Source of the DNA: Pristiophorus japonicus
Taxonomy: Eukaryota
Direction of reading: 5' to 3'
DNA: 64,000 bases
Assembly: GCF_044704955.1 (NCBI RefSeq)
Contig: NC_091987.1
Span: forward strand, 80,538,001 to 80,602,000
How positions within the stretch are numbered: the stretch's first letter is position 1; each line of letters begins with the position of its first letter. The notes beneath the pieces are model-generated. The model was given only the letters and a program-made list of their open reading frames with translations, ran no database searches and was not told where the DNA came from. Below, one piece after another: positions 38,368 through 50,928 of this stretch. The position numbers and the translations under genes are program-made.

Positions 38368-38679
38368 CTATTTTTAGAATGTAGGTGAATACTTGCATTG
38401 TATCCTTGGCTCTGATTTCACAGGTGTATTCTCCTGCATCTTCCAAAGTTACACGGTGAAATACAAGGGATGAAGATTTCTGGTTGTTTAACATTTCTAA
38501 TTGTTCCTTCGTACAATTTGAGCGTACATCACTATGTTGGTGCATTGATTTACAGATTATCACTAAAAGGGAGGTTTCTGTGTTTCTAAACTTCCATGTA
38601 ATTGTCAAATTTTGATCAATATTGGCGGAATAGTTGCAAGTAATTATGATGGTTTGACTCTCCTTTTCTTTTAGTGTGC
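38368..38679 (-). CDS. HHLA2: HHLA2-like coding exon 4: IgV domain 2 (GTLKEKESQTIIITCNYS...ITWKF...EDAGEYTCEI...YILKI)
   Basis: Extends ORF 38333..38608 upstream to acceptor tatttttaag. V-set C, W and DxGxYxC motifs. Donor G|GTAAGC. 312 nt, phase 1-1. V-C-V order is the HHLA2 architecture. Confidence 0.88.
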
Positions 38680-39139
38680 CTTAAAAATAAAATAAAACAA
38701 AAATATTTCATGTGTAGCATAAAACATGTTACATTATTTTACTTTTTGATTTTTTTTTGTTTTTTTATGTGCTGAGGAATGGACTTTTCCCATTTCAGTA
38801 CTTACCGTCAATATCCCAAACAAAGATTGAGAGTATGCAGGAAACAAGGAAAAGAGGGATACATTGTCAATGTGGGAAAAGTACATTTTTTTCATTTCCA
38901 CACATGGCTAATTTTACTGCCCCAACACTGACTAAATGTGCCCAATTCCAATAAGCCTGACCCATTCGGATTCAGGTCATTTACATGTTGCGGGCGCGTG
39001 TATTACCTGGGTTTGGGTGCACGCCAAAAGGGGATTGGGGAAGTAAATGTACAGCTATAGGCCTTAAAGGCCTCTAGAGTTTTAAAGGCACGCTGTTTTT
39101 TTGGAAGTTCATTAAGGTGCCTGGTAGTAGTGCAGGAAG

Positions 39140-39345
39140 CATGAGGGCACCCTGCATTGATGATGGCAGCATTAAATCTTGCTGCAGGAAATGAATCCGA
39201 GGAAGGAGGTATTATTTTACTAACAACATGGTGTGGAGAGCATTGCAGGAGGTGGTGAACAGCATTAATGGTCGCAACACTGTCCAGATGACGTGGCTGC
39301 AATGCTGGAAAACAATCAGCGACCTCACCGGAAGGGGCAAATAGA
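39140..39345 (+). pseudogene. Degenerate Myb/SANT (Harbinger partner) fragment
   Basis: Translates NSINGRNTVQMTWLQCWKTISDL, matching the RTWxQCRKKxNDL SANT-like motif. Confidence 0.5.
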
Positions 39346-40379
39346 AGCAACATTAGCTAATTTTAATGCACTGCACCAACCATTAGCTTTTCTGTCTTGC
39401 TCATGCATTCCCTTGCTTTCTCTCCACCTTCTGATGGGTGCCTGTGATGCTGCACGGTGCACTCCCAGCACCTCTCTCACCCAGTACCATTTCTTTCAGT
39501 AAAAGGCTGCAGAGGACAAACCACTGCTGACTCCTTCCATGACTAGTATCTGCATGCTGCACATACTTTACTTCACAGCACCTACAGAGACCACCCCGAC
39601 ATATGGGTGTAGAGATAGGCCATGGCAGCGCAGCAGTGCAAGATTTTGCTTTAAAGGAGAAGGCAGCAAATAACAAGAGTGAGAGTGTGGGGGGGAGGAG
39701 GGGGTGATACAGGTGGCACCTTGTATTTTTTAACCCTCCAAATCCAGGGTGGAATTTAGATGAGGTAGGTGGAGTATTTAAAAGCAAGGCCCAGCTGTAG
39801 GATTGGTACAACACTTAAAAAGGTAAACTACAAATGCTATAAACCTAACAAAAAAGCAGAAAATGCTGAAATTACACAGCAGATCAGTCAACATCTGTGA
39901 AGATAAAAGACAAATTATGTAATTTTAAGTGTGACAGGTACTTTGAGACTCCACAGGGGCAATTTTATCATAACTCGCCGTGCAGGAAATCAGGATCAGG
40001 TGGTGCGCTGGGTTTACACCACGCCTAATATTACTCTCCAGTGACTTCAATTAAGAGTAAAATCTGACTGGGTGTAAAACTAGAGCTCCACTCGATCCGG
40101 TCGGTTTACCGACTGGCGTGTTAGGTTAATGTTGTCCTCTACGAGTGTGGTTTGGCCCCTGCCTAACTTGTAAGACTACAGCATTTTTTGTCTCATCTTC
40201 TGCTAATAACTGTGCTTGCAGCTGCTTCAAGATGGCTAAACCTGGGGTTGACCAATTTTTAATGATCCAAAATGCTCTGCGAAGTCAAGGGACTTTCTAA
40301 TGAACTTTTAAAATCACACGGCTGCGAAAAGACATTTCTCACAAGCAGTAAGAGACATCCTTGACTTGTCTACAAACTG

Positions 40380-43300
40380 TGAAGAAAGTTGTAACTATGG
40401 TGATAAGAAATGAAAAGACCTATTTATGGGAAGGATTCGTTTAAGAATATTCCTTTGGTTTAAACTTAGACAATTACGTACATGGTGGGCAAACATCCCA
40501 GGAAAGGGGTATAAAAAAATGGCTGTGAAATGTGAGGTCAGGCCTGCAGTCGAAGTGAATGGTGACCTGCTCAGTTGCTAATGGAATCACGGGGTTAATT
40601 TCCGATCGCAACTCTCACATGAGTGTCTTTTTTTTAATCACTTAGGGAATAGGCAATTTTTAACTGTTAAGAAGTACTTTAATGGGATAGGTTAGTGCGG
40701 GTTAATAATTAGAAATGATTGTGCATTTGTTGCTAACATGATTACGTATATTTCTTTTGATTATTTTTAGTAAAGATAATCCCTGAGATAGGGGGTGAGA
40801 AAAGAACATCCTGAGTCTGTGTTGTTTTTGTCTCACAAGTCTGAACTCTGTAAAGTGTAGAGAAAAGACATAAATCTTACAGGCTAAAACCTGTTTTTAT
40901 TAAGATTAGTCTTTCAGATTGGTGCCTGAACGACAGGGACTTGTGATAGACAAACAATGGATGAGTCAATTACACTGTACATTAATGATTTAGATGAGGG
41001 GATTAAATGTAGTATCTCCAAATTTGCGGATGACACTAAGTTGGGTGGCAGTGTGAGCTGCGAGGAGGATGCTGTGAGGCTGCAGAGAGACTTGGATAGG
41101 TTAGGTGAGTGGGCAAATGCATGGCAGATGAAGTATAATGTGGATAAATGTGAGGTTATCCACTTTGGTGGTAAAAACAGAGAGACAGACTATTATCTGA
41201 ATGGTGACAGATTAGGAAAAGGGGAGGTGCAAAGAGACCTGGGTGTCATGGTACATCAGTCATTGAAGGTTGGCATGCAGGTACAGCAGGCGGTTAAGAA
41301 AGCAAATGGCATGTTGGCCTTCATAGCAAGGGGATTTGAGTACAGCGGCAGGGAGGTGTTGCTACAGTTGTACAGGGCATTGGTGAGGCCACACCTGGAG
41401 TATTGTGTACAGTTTTGGTCTCCTAACCTGAGGAAGGACATTCTTGCTATTGAGGGAGTGCAGCGAAGGTTCACCAGACTGATTCCCGGGATGGCGGGAC
41501 TGACCTATCAAGAAAGACTGGATCAACTGGGCTTGTATTCACTGGAGTTCAGAAGAATGAGAGGGGACCTCATAGAAACATTTAAAATTCTGACGGGGTT
41601 AGACAGGTTAGATGCAGGAAGAATGTTCCCAATGTTGGGGAAGTCCAGAACCAGAGGTCACAGTCTAAGGATAAGGGGTAAGCCTTTTAGGACTGAGATG
41701 CGGAGGAACTTCTTCACCCAGAGAGTGGTGAACCTGTGGAATTCTCTACCACAGAAAGTTGTTGAGGCCAATTCATTAAATATATTCAAAAAGGAGTTAG
41801 ATGAGGTCCTTACTACTAGGGGGATCAAGGGGTATGGCGAGAAAGCAGGAATGGGGTACTGAAGTTGAATGTTCAGCCATGAACTCATTGAATGGCGGTG
41901 CAGGCTAGAAGGGCCGAATGGCCTACTCCTGCACCTATTTTCTATGTTTCTATGTTTCTAAATTATGTGATGAAGAAGTTGCCCCTCAGGGAGGGGTTGG
42001 TGCAGGTCATTGTGGAAAGCGAATACCCGGTGTTAGAAGTTGATTTATGGATGCACGGTTCTATGTGTTGGCCTGGTTTGAAGAAAGCTGTTTTGTTGCT
42101 GGCATATAGAAGGAAGGTTAAGATCTGTGAAGGCATAAAAGATAAGTTACGAACAGAGATTAGTGAGAAAGAGGCGGTAGTAAACCGACTTCTCAAAGAG
42201 CTGGAGGAAGAAAAAGAAAGTAAACGGAAGCTCAAGGAAATGTTTGAAAAGGAGAGGTGGCGTAATAAAGAACAATACTGCGAGAGTCAATGTATTAATA
42301 ATCAGATACATCACACAGAGCAAGCAGTAAGGGATAATGAGGATTACAAAGCTGCTTATAGGGTTATTCAGAAGCAGATTTTTGAGGAACAGAGTATAAA
42401 GGGCGCAAAAGGAAGGTTAAAGAGTTGGAGGATAAGTTACAAATCCAAAGTGGCATTGTGTGTGCACTCAGCCCTTTGTCAGTAGAGGAAGGAGGAGAAA
42501 GTGAAGAAAGTGGTAGTGAATATGATGAAAGGGAAGTGGGAGTAGAACAGGGGCCGGAGAATGACCCACCAGAGAAAGTCCGGCCACCACCTATGGCTCC
42601 GGTGCGTCGTTGATATGGAGGCAGAAATTCTGGCGTCACTAGATTGGGAATTTGTGATTCTGTACAATATGGAAGATTTGAGAAAGATGTCTAGTAACAT
42701 ATAGAACGAGAGATGGAAGGGGATCCCTTTGGGCATTTCCTCAAGGTGGAGCCGGGCCCCAACAAGTCCCCAGTCACTTTTGCTGACTGGTTGTGGCTAA
42801 CTTACAGGGACGCCATGGGTGGGGTAGTAAGGTGAGCAGATCTGAATGGGCAGGCACATAACCTTTGGCTGCATGCCCTGATAGCTAGTAATCTGCCATA
42901 TTTACAAGTAGCTGTCAGACTTTGATCCGGAGTATGAGGGTGAAGGTAACTCAGAGGCCAGGGTTTTGAGGAAAATAACCCTGCATTTTGAGGCGTGTCA
43001 GGTGGACAAGAGGAACACTGGGGTAATGGATAAGTCTAAGAGCAAGATGTATGAGATGAAAGGAGGTGCCCCAAAGAAGTGGCAGCAGGAAGGGTCAAAA
43101 TTATGAGAAAGTGGACAGACTTGTTTTAACTGTGGATAGTGAGGGCACCTTATTAAGGACTGTAAGGAGCCTAAGGAAGGGAAGACTGAAGTTCCACAAT
43201 CAGAAGGACCTCAGCCTAGCACCCCTAATTACGAGGAGTTGCTTAGATATGTGACCACGCGTAGGAAAACAGCAGTGAGGCATCTCAAGGAATGATCCAT

Positions 43301-44150
43301 GTGGTCCATGGGGAGAACCGCAGGAAAACCCAGGCATGAAGGGGCTGCGCCCAGCCCGTATACCTGTGTAACCTTAAAAGATGTTGGAAAAGGTTTCAGT
43401 TTGTATGAAAGTGTGTTTGTGTGGAAGTTTTCCCGACTGTGAATGTTTAGGGAGTTATAGAATTTTTCATTTGGCTGAAAGCCTGTCATTTAAAAAAGGT
43501 GTCTGTATGTTTTTTTTTAGCTCTGCCCACCTTTCTGTATAAAGAGCTGAAAGCCGTTTAACCTTTAGTACTCTTGTCATGGATGTTAGACAAATGCTTA
43601 TGCTGTTAAGTTGGTTAATTGATTTATGTATGTATACACATGTATTATTTGAGAGGTACTTGAGCCATGTTTTTGGTTTTGAATTGATTTGGCCCCTCGA
43701 GTTCATAATCTATTACAGGGGTCAATATTTTCTAAGTTGTGTGAATGCGGTTGTTTAAGAACTAATGAAATTGTATACCCAGAATTGAATTACATCTTAG
43801 GTTAAAAATGCAGGTGACTATAATTCACGCAGTTATGAAATGCACAAAAGACTGTTTGTCCTGTAAAAGATAAACTTCAGACTTGAAGTTAGTTGCTATG
43901 GTGTCTGCTAAAAACAAATGAATTTGACCATTTACAAAGTAATTGGGTTGGAGGAAATAAAAGGCTATATTAGTCTAAGATTCGAAAATTCAAATTGTAA
44001 CAAAGCACAGTCTTTTCAATTTGGTTACTGAAAGTCCAAGACACCCACTCTCTAAGTTTTGACAAGTGAGAAGTAATCAGTAATTATAAATTAAATGTTT
44101 AGTGGAAAGCTAAAAATATGGGAATTGTAAGCATGATATAGGGGGATGCG
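40380..44150 (+). mobile_element. Degenerate ERV/LTR element: putative LTR to 40916, tRNA-Lys-like PBS, gag remnant with CCHC knuckle; interrupted by CR1
   Basis: CTTTCA followed by TGGTGCCTGAACGACAGGGAC at 40920 (compare the Lys3 PBS TGGCGCCCGAACAGGGAC). TATAAA near 40510. Coiled-coil/acidic ORFs at 41960-42613. TCFNCG**GHLIKDC near 43120-43165. Both ends uncertain. Confidence 0.6.
40970..41959 (+). mobile_element. Young CR1 3' fragment (about 1 kb)
   Basis: Open ORF 40957..41862 covering the RT C-terminus. (TTCTATGT)n tail. AATTA duplicated at the flanks. Confidence 0.96.
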
Positions 44151-44354
44151 AAATGGAAGGTGGAATTTTCGACATTTTCCATCACTCTTTGATCTATGTC
44201 GTTACACACCTCCCATATAATCAGAGGGAAGTGTTAACAAACTGTGCAAGAGGCAACAGGTTATGGTTGCAGAAAGGAAGGAGAAAGGGAAAGTTTCTGT
44301 CCTTGTGTGGTGTCCCTTTAAAATGTTTTCTTAATACAATTGTTCTGAATGAAA

Positions 44355-44453
44355 AAGTGGCAAAAGGTCATCGACCTGAAACGTTAATTCTGTTTCTCTC
44401 TCCACAGGTGCTGCCTGACCCGCTGAGTATTTCCAGCATGTTCAGTTTTTATA
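44355..44453 (+). repeat. Short interspersed repeat (GACCTGAAACGTTAA...TGCTGCCTGACC..TGAGTATTTCCAGCA); related minus-strand copies near 39855-39900 and 57050-57100
   Basis: Three similar copies in the window. I recall it as an abundant shark repeat; family not assigned. Confidence 0.55.
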
Positions 44454-44671
44454 TAGCAAGGAAATGTGCTTCAAATTTGACCCTGGGAGTAGAGAAAGAA
44501 AATATACTAGCACCTTCACTTAATTTGACAGAAAGGGAAATATGCTAAAATTCCAAGCACTGTTTAATTATCAACTTATATCCAATTCAAATTAACACCG
44601 ATCCTGTAATGTTTTACATGCCTGTGAAAAGAAATTGTGAGATCTTCTATGGATTATTAATCAATTATTAC

Positions 44672-44965
44672 CTTGCATTTTCCAGGACGCAGTCCATGAC
44701 TGTTGCAACCGTTCATTCTTAATATTACATTTGTAGGTTGTGTTTGACGTTTGATTAATCTTCAAAATGCTTTTAATGTTGTAAAGTTCTTCTGGATCAA
44801 TAGATCCTTCTGACCATGAGTCATTAGTTAGGTCACTCCCGTTCTCATCTTGCCATTGTAATGATGGCTTTGGATAAGCACCAGATGCAGAACAGATAAT
44901 ATTTACACCCTCGGTCACAGCATACAGCATATTCGGGGGATATAGTGCCAAATTCTTACTTTCAG
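44672..44965 (-). CDS. HHLA2: HHLA2-like coding exon 3: IgC domain (ICSASGAYPKPSLQW...YNIKSIL...YKCNIKNERLQQSWTASWKMQ)
   Basis: Lies within ORF 44661..45005. B7-type C domain motif CxxxGxYPxPxxxW. The CxIxNxxLxQxWTxxWxM ending resembles HHLA2 as I recall it. Acceptor ttcctttcag, donor G|GTAATA. 294 nt, phase 1-1. Confidence 0.92.
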
Positions 44966-45215
44966 CTGAAAGGAAATAATAAGATATTATGGAACCAAAA
45001 TTCACTTTATAAAGCTACCCGTTAACACCGGTGCTAGGTACTTCGACAGTAAGCGGCGTCAATGCCACGTCCTGACTTCAGTCGGCTCTTTGGCAGAGGC
45101 GCCAAGAGGCAATGTTGCACCAGCTAACGCCACCCGCATGGTGATGTCATCCAGCGTACAACGCCTCTCTGACGCCTCTGTCGCGATAGTTGCTTTGTAC
45201 GGCTGCCGTAACAGG

Positions 45216-48200
45216 AGGTGGCCATACAGCCTCAAAAAAGTGGTTATAAAAGTGGATTTCGGGTGGAATGGAAGACCAGCAGGAAGAGTAGTGCAAGGAA
45301 GGTAGTGCAGGGGTCCCCTGTGGTCATCCCCCTGCAAAACAGATACACCGCTTTGAGTACTGTTGGGGGGGATGACTCATCAGGGGAGGGCAGTAGCAGC
45401 CAAGTTCATGGCACCGTGGCTGGCTCTGCTGCACAGGAGGGCAGGAAAAAGAGTGGGAGAGCGATAGTGATAGGGGATTCAATGGTAAGGGGAATAGATA
45501 GGCGTTTCTGCGGCCACAACCGAGACTCCAGGATGGTATGTTGCCTCCCTGGTGCAAGGGTCAAGGATGTCTCGGAGCAGGTGCAGGACATTCTGAAAAG
45601 GGAGGGAGAACAGCCAGTTGTCGTGGTGCACAGTGGTGCCAACGACATAGGTAAAAAAAGGATGAGGTCCTACGAAACGAATTTAAGGAGCTAGGAGCTA
45701 AATTAAAAAGTAGGACCTCAAAAGTAGTAATCTCGGGATTGCTACCAGTGCCACGTGCTAGTCAGAGTAGGAATCGCAGGATAGCGCAGATGAATACGTG
45801 GCTTGAGCAGTGGTGCAGCAGGGAGGGATTCAAATTCCTGGGGCATTGGAACCGGTTCTGGGGGAGGTGGGACCAGTACAAACCAGATGGTCTGCACCTG
45901 GGCAGGACCGGAACCAATGTCCTAGGGGGAGTGTTTGCTAGTGCTGTTGGGGAGGAGTTAAACTAATATGGCAGGGGGATGGGAACCAATGCAGAGAGAC
46001 AGAGGGAGGCAAAAGCAAAAGACAGAAAGGAGATGAGGAAAAGTGGAGGGCGGAGAAACCCAAGGCAAAGAACAAAAAGGGCCACTGTACAGCAAAATTA
46101 TAAAAGGACAAAGGGTGTTAAAAAAACAAGCCTGAAGGCTTTGTGTCTTAATGCAAGGAGTATCCGCAATAAGGTGGATGAATTAACTGTGCAAATAGAT
46201 GTTAACAAATATGATGTGATTGGGATTACGGAGACGTGGCTCCAGGATAATCAGGGCTGGGAACTCAACATCCAGGGGTATTCAACATTCAGGAAGGATA
46301 GAATAAAAGGAAAAGGAGGTGGGGTAGCTTTGCTGGTTAAAGAGGAGATTAATGCAATAGTTAGGAAAGACATTAGCTTGGATGATGTGGAATCTATATG
46401 GGTAGAGCTGCAGAACACCAAAGGGCAAAAAACGTTAGTGGGAGTTGTGTACAGACCACCAAACAGTAGAAGTGATGTTGGGGAGGGCATCAAACAGGAA
46501 ATTAGGGGTGCATGCAATAAAGGTGCAGCAGTTATAATGGGTGACTTTAATATGCACATAGATTGGGCTAGCCAAACTGGAAGCAATATGGTGGAGGAGG
46601 ATTTCCTGGAGTGCATAAGGGATGGTTTTCTAGACCAATATGTCGAGGAACCAACTAGGGGGGAGGCCATCTTAGACTGGGTGTTGTGTAATGAGAGAGG
46701 ATTAATTAGCAATTTCATTGAGCGAGGCCCCTTGGGGAAGAGTGACCATAATATGGTGGAATTCTGCATTAGGATGGAGAATGAAACAGTTAATTCAGAG
46801 ACCATGGTCCAGAACTTAAAGAAGGGTAACTTTGAAGGTATGAGGCGTGAATTGGCTAGGATAGATTGGCGAATGATACTTAAGGGGTTGACGGTGGATG
46901 GGCAATGGCAGACATTTAGAGACCGCATGGATGAACTACAACAATTGTACATTCCTGTCTGGCGTAAAAATAAAAAAGGGAAGGTGGCTCAACCGTGGCT
47001 ATCTAGGGAAATCAGGGATAGTATTAAAGCCAAGGAAGTGGCATACAAATTGGCCAGAAATAGCAGCGAACCCGGGGACTGGGAGAAATTTAGAACTCAG
47101 CAGAGGAGGACAAAGGGTTTGATTAGGGCAGGGAAAATGGAGTATGAGAAGAAGCTTGCAGGGAACATTAAGGCAGATTGCAAAAGTTTCTATAGGTATG
47201 TAAAGAGAAAAAGGTTAGTAAAGACAAACGTAGGTCCCCTGCAGTCAGAATCAGGGGAAGTCATAATGGGGAACAAAGAAATGGCAGACCAATTGAACAA
47301 GTGCTTTGGTTCGGTATTCACTAAGGAGGACACAAGCAACCTTCCGGATATAAAAAGGGTCAGAGGGTCGAGTAAGGAGGAGGAACTGAGGGAAATCCTT
47401 ATTAGTCGGGAAATTGTGTTGGGGAAATTGATGGGATTGAAGGCCGATAAATCCCCAGGGCCTGATGAACTGCATCCCAGAGTACTTAAGGAGGTGGCCT
47501 TGGAAATAGCGGATGCATTGACAGTCATTTTCCAACATTCCATTGACTCTGGATCAGTTTCTATCGAGTGGAGGGTAGCCAATGTAACCCCACTTTTTAA
47601 AAAATGAGGGAGAGAGAAAACAGGGAATTATAGACCGGTCAGCCTGACCTCAGTCGTGGGTAAAATGATGGAATCAATTATTAAGGATGTCATAGCAGCG
47701 CATTTGGAAAATGGTGACATGATAGGTCCAAGTCAGCATGGATTTGTGAAAGGGAAATCATGCTTGACAAATCTTCTGGAATTTTTTGAGGATGTTTCCT
47801 GTAAAGTGGACAAAGGAGAACCAGTTGATGTGGTATATTTGGACTTTCAGAAGGCTTTCGACAAGGTCCCACACAAGAGATTAATGTGCAAAGTTAAAGC
47901 ACATGGGATTGGGGGTAGTGTGCTGACGTGGATTGAGAACTGGTTGTCAGACAGGAAGCAAAGAGTAGGAGTAAATGGGTACTTTTCAGAATGGCAGGCA
48001 GTGACTAGTGGGGTACCGCAAGGTTCTGTGCTGGGGCCCCAGCTGTTTACATTGTACATTAATGGTTTAGACGAGGGGATTAAATGTAGTATCTCCAAAT
48101 TTGCGGATGACACTAAGTTGGGTGGCAGTGTGAGCTGCGAGGAGGATGCTATGAGGCTGCAGAGCGACTTGGATAGGTTAGGTGAGTGGGCAAATGCATG

Positions 48201-49031
48201 GCAGATGAAGTATAATGTGGATAAATGTGAGGTTATCCACTTTGGTGGTAAAAACAGAGAGACAGGCTATTATCTGAATGGTGACAGATTAGGAAAAGGG
48301 GAGGTGCAACGAGACCTGGGTGTCATGGTACATCAGTCATTGAAGGTTGGCATGCAGGTACAGCAGGCGGTTAAGAAAGCAAATGACATGTTGGCCTTCA
48401 TAGCGAGGGGATTTGAGTACAGGGGCAGGGAGGTGTTGCTACAGTTGTACAGGGCCTTGGTGAGGCCACAACTGGAGTATTGTGTACAGTTTTGGTCTCC
48501 TAACTTGAGGAAGGACATTCTTGCTATTGAGGGAGTGCAGCGAAGATTCACCAGACTGATTCCCGGGATGGTGGGACTGACATATCAAGAAAGACTGGAT
48601 CAACTGGGCTTGTATTCACTGGAGTTCAGAAGAATGAGAGGGGATCTCATAGAAACGTTTAAAATTCTGACGGGTTTAGACAGGTTAGATGCAGAAAGAA
48701 TGGTCTCAATGTTGGGGAAGTCCAGAACCAGGGGTCACAGTCTAAGGATAAGGGGTAAGCCATTTAGGACCGAGATGAGGAGAAAGTTCTTCACCCAGAG
48801 AGTGGTGAACCTGTGGAATTCTCTACCACAGAAAGTAGTTGAGGCCAATTCACTAAATATATTCAAAAGGGAGTTAGATGAAGTCCTTACTACTCGGGGG
48901 ATCAAGGGGTATGGCGAGAAAGCAGGAATGGGGTACTGAAGTTGCATGTTCAGCCATGAACTCATTGAATGGCGGTGCAGGCTAGAAGGGCTGAATGGCC
49001 TACTCCTGCACCTATTTTCTATGTTGCTATG
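45216..49031 (+). mobile_element. Young near-complete CR1: ORF1 SGNH esterase (frameshifted) plus ORF2 EN-RT broken by a single TGA at 47605-47607
   Basis: RAIVIGDSMVR (GDS esterase motif) and DGLHL. ORFs 45979..47607 and 47656..48939 are in the same frame. CR1 3' UTR and tail. Confidence 0.97.
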
Positions 49032-49086
49032 AAAGGAAGGTAAGTTTTTCATTTTATTTATTTCTGCACGTTTTCATTAGTTTATA

Positions 49087-50236
49087 GGCCCCAAGTTTCC
49101 ACACGCGGCAAAACGGGCGCCCCTCCGAGCTAGGCGCCCGTTTTTCGCGCCGGAAATGGCGCCTGAAAAAAACGCGCTAGTCTCGAGCGCTTTGCAGCTC
49201 GATGTCTGCTTGGCGCGGCGCACAGGGAGCGGAGCCTACCACTCGCGCCGATTTTGTAAGTAGGAGGGGGCGGGTCCAATTTAAATGAGTTTTTATCGTG
49301 CCGGCAACCCTGCGCGTGCACGTTGGAGTGTTCGCGCACGCGCAGTCTGAAAGAAACATTGGCACTCGGCCATTTTAAAAAGTGCTGCAGAAAAAGTGAA
49401 AATTTGTTTATTGAACCCTTGCAAAGGCTTGTATTTTAATTTTCTTGATATTTCTGTGTGTGAGGGTGAGGGAGTGCATTCTGTAATTAAAGATAGACTG
49501 TGATAAACGGGACACATGCACTTGTTTGAGACTATTCAAATTCTTTGTCGCTGTTCAATTTTTAACATTGTTTAATAAAACCACATTGCCCTTCCATGAT
49601 CAGCACTGAGGCTTCTTGCAGCTTTCTCCCCCTGCCGTCCGTCAGGCCCGACGGTAAACGGCTGCCTCAAACACTCAGGCTTCTTGCAGCTTTCTCCCTG
49701 CCTCCCTCCCCCTGCCGTCGGTCAGTCCCGACGGCAAACCGCTGCCTGAAAGGCCTGCCTGAAGCACTTTCACACAGGTAGGAACATGGTTTATTTAATC
49801 TTTTCTTTGCTTATAAATTTTTATTCAGGTTGGATTTATTTGTATAATATTTGTCTAAGTATAACTAAGGATTTATTGTAGAATTTAATGACTTCCCTTC
49901 CCCCCCCCCCCCCCCCACCTCGTTCCCGACGCCTAATTTGTAACCTGCGCCTGATTTTTTAATGTGTAGACAAGGTTTTTTCAAGCCTCCAAAAATCTTC
50001 ACTTGCTCCATTCTAAGTTAGTTTGGAGTATATTTTCACTGTGGAAACTTTCAAATCAGGCGTCAGTGGCCGGACACGCCCCCTTTTGAAAATAAAATTC
50101 TGTTCAAAAGTGAAACTGTTCTACCTGACTAGAACTGCAGAAAACTTAAATGTGGAGAATTCCGATTTCTAAGATACTCCGTTCTCCACCAGTTGCTCCT
50201 AAAAATCAGGAGCTAATCATGTGGAAACTTGGGGCC
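49087..50236. mobile_element. MITE with perfect 17-bp TIRs
   Basis: GGCCCCAAGTTTCCACA ... TGTGGAAACTTGGGGCC, with TA on both flanks and no coding capacity. Confidence 0.88.
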
Positions 50237-50557
50237 TAAGAGTGGGGATGTGTATGCGTGGAACGGAGAAGTTTTAGTTTTATTTTTTCTTCCCATTTTT
50301 TTTCCAGCATGGTGGCAGCCTCCCGTCGGGGAATTCAGTCGGCCTCCTGAGCCGTCACCCGAAGATGAATGTGCAATGCCACTTTTTAGCGCTGCTCTCT
50401 CACCTTTGGACGTGACAAATGAATTTAGGACTTTGAGGTTGCGCCTAACGTCCAGTGCTAAAATCAGTCCTCAGGCGGTGACACCGCCTCAAAAACGGCT
50501 GTGACGAATTTTGACCCCTGATTCTTTATTTAAACCGTTAGCTGCTCAAAATGAATA

Positions 50558-50735
50558 CAAGCAACTCTCGATTATCCGGGTGCCTCGGGGATTGGGCAAT
50601 GCTGGGTAAACGATATCTCCGTTAGAGCGATTGACATTATAAAGTTAAAACCCGATGCCTTCCCGGGCGGAAATTTTAAATCCCGTTACAATGGTTTCCC
50701 GTTGGATCCGTGTGCGGATAATCGAGAACTGCCTG
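50558..50735. mobile_element. Tc1/mariner (pogo/Tigger-like) MITE, 178 bp
   Basis: TA|CAAGCAACTCTCGATTATCCG ... CGGATAATCGAGAACTGCCTG|TA. Confidence 0.85.
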
Positions 50736-50928
50736 TACTATTCATCTTTACACATACTAAAATTAATTAAAGAGGTGTAAAACAGGCTTCCGATTCAGTA
50801 TCACCCATTTTACAATATGGCACAAAGTTAAAATCACACCCACTTCTGAAAAAGTTTTCAGGTACAACTAATTGGTGCCTTTAATGTAAATAAAAAAACA
50901 CATGCTTTACAGGTATATGTATGGATAA

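Larger units (their letters stand above)
44991..50518. mobile_element. Probable Harbinger-type MITE hosting a CR1 and a second MITE
   Basis: Imperfect TIRs GGAACCAAAATTC / GAATTTTGACCCC with CpG-rich arms. TSD not clean. Confidence 0.45.

Noticed and set aside
41892-42485. 197-aa ORF as a novel host gene (similarly 59528..59935)
   Set aside because: Chimeric read-through from a CR1 3' UTR into retroelement coding remnants.
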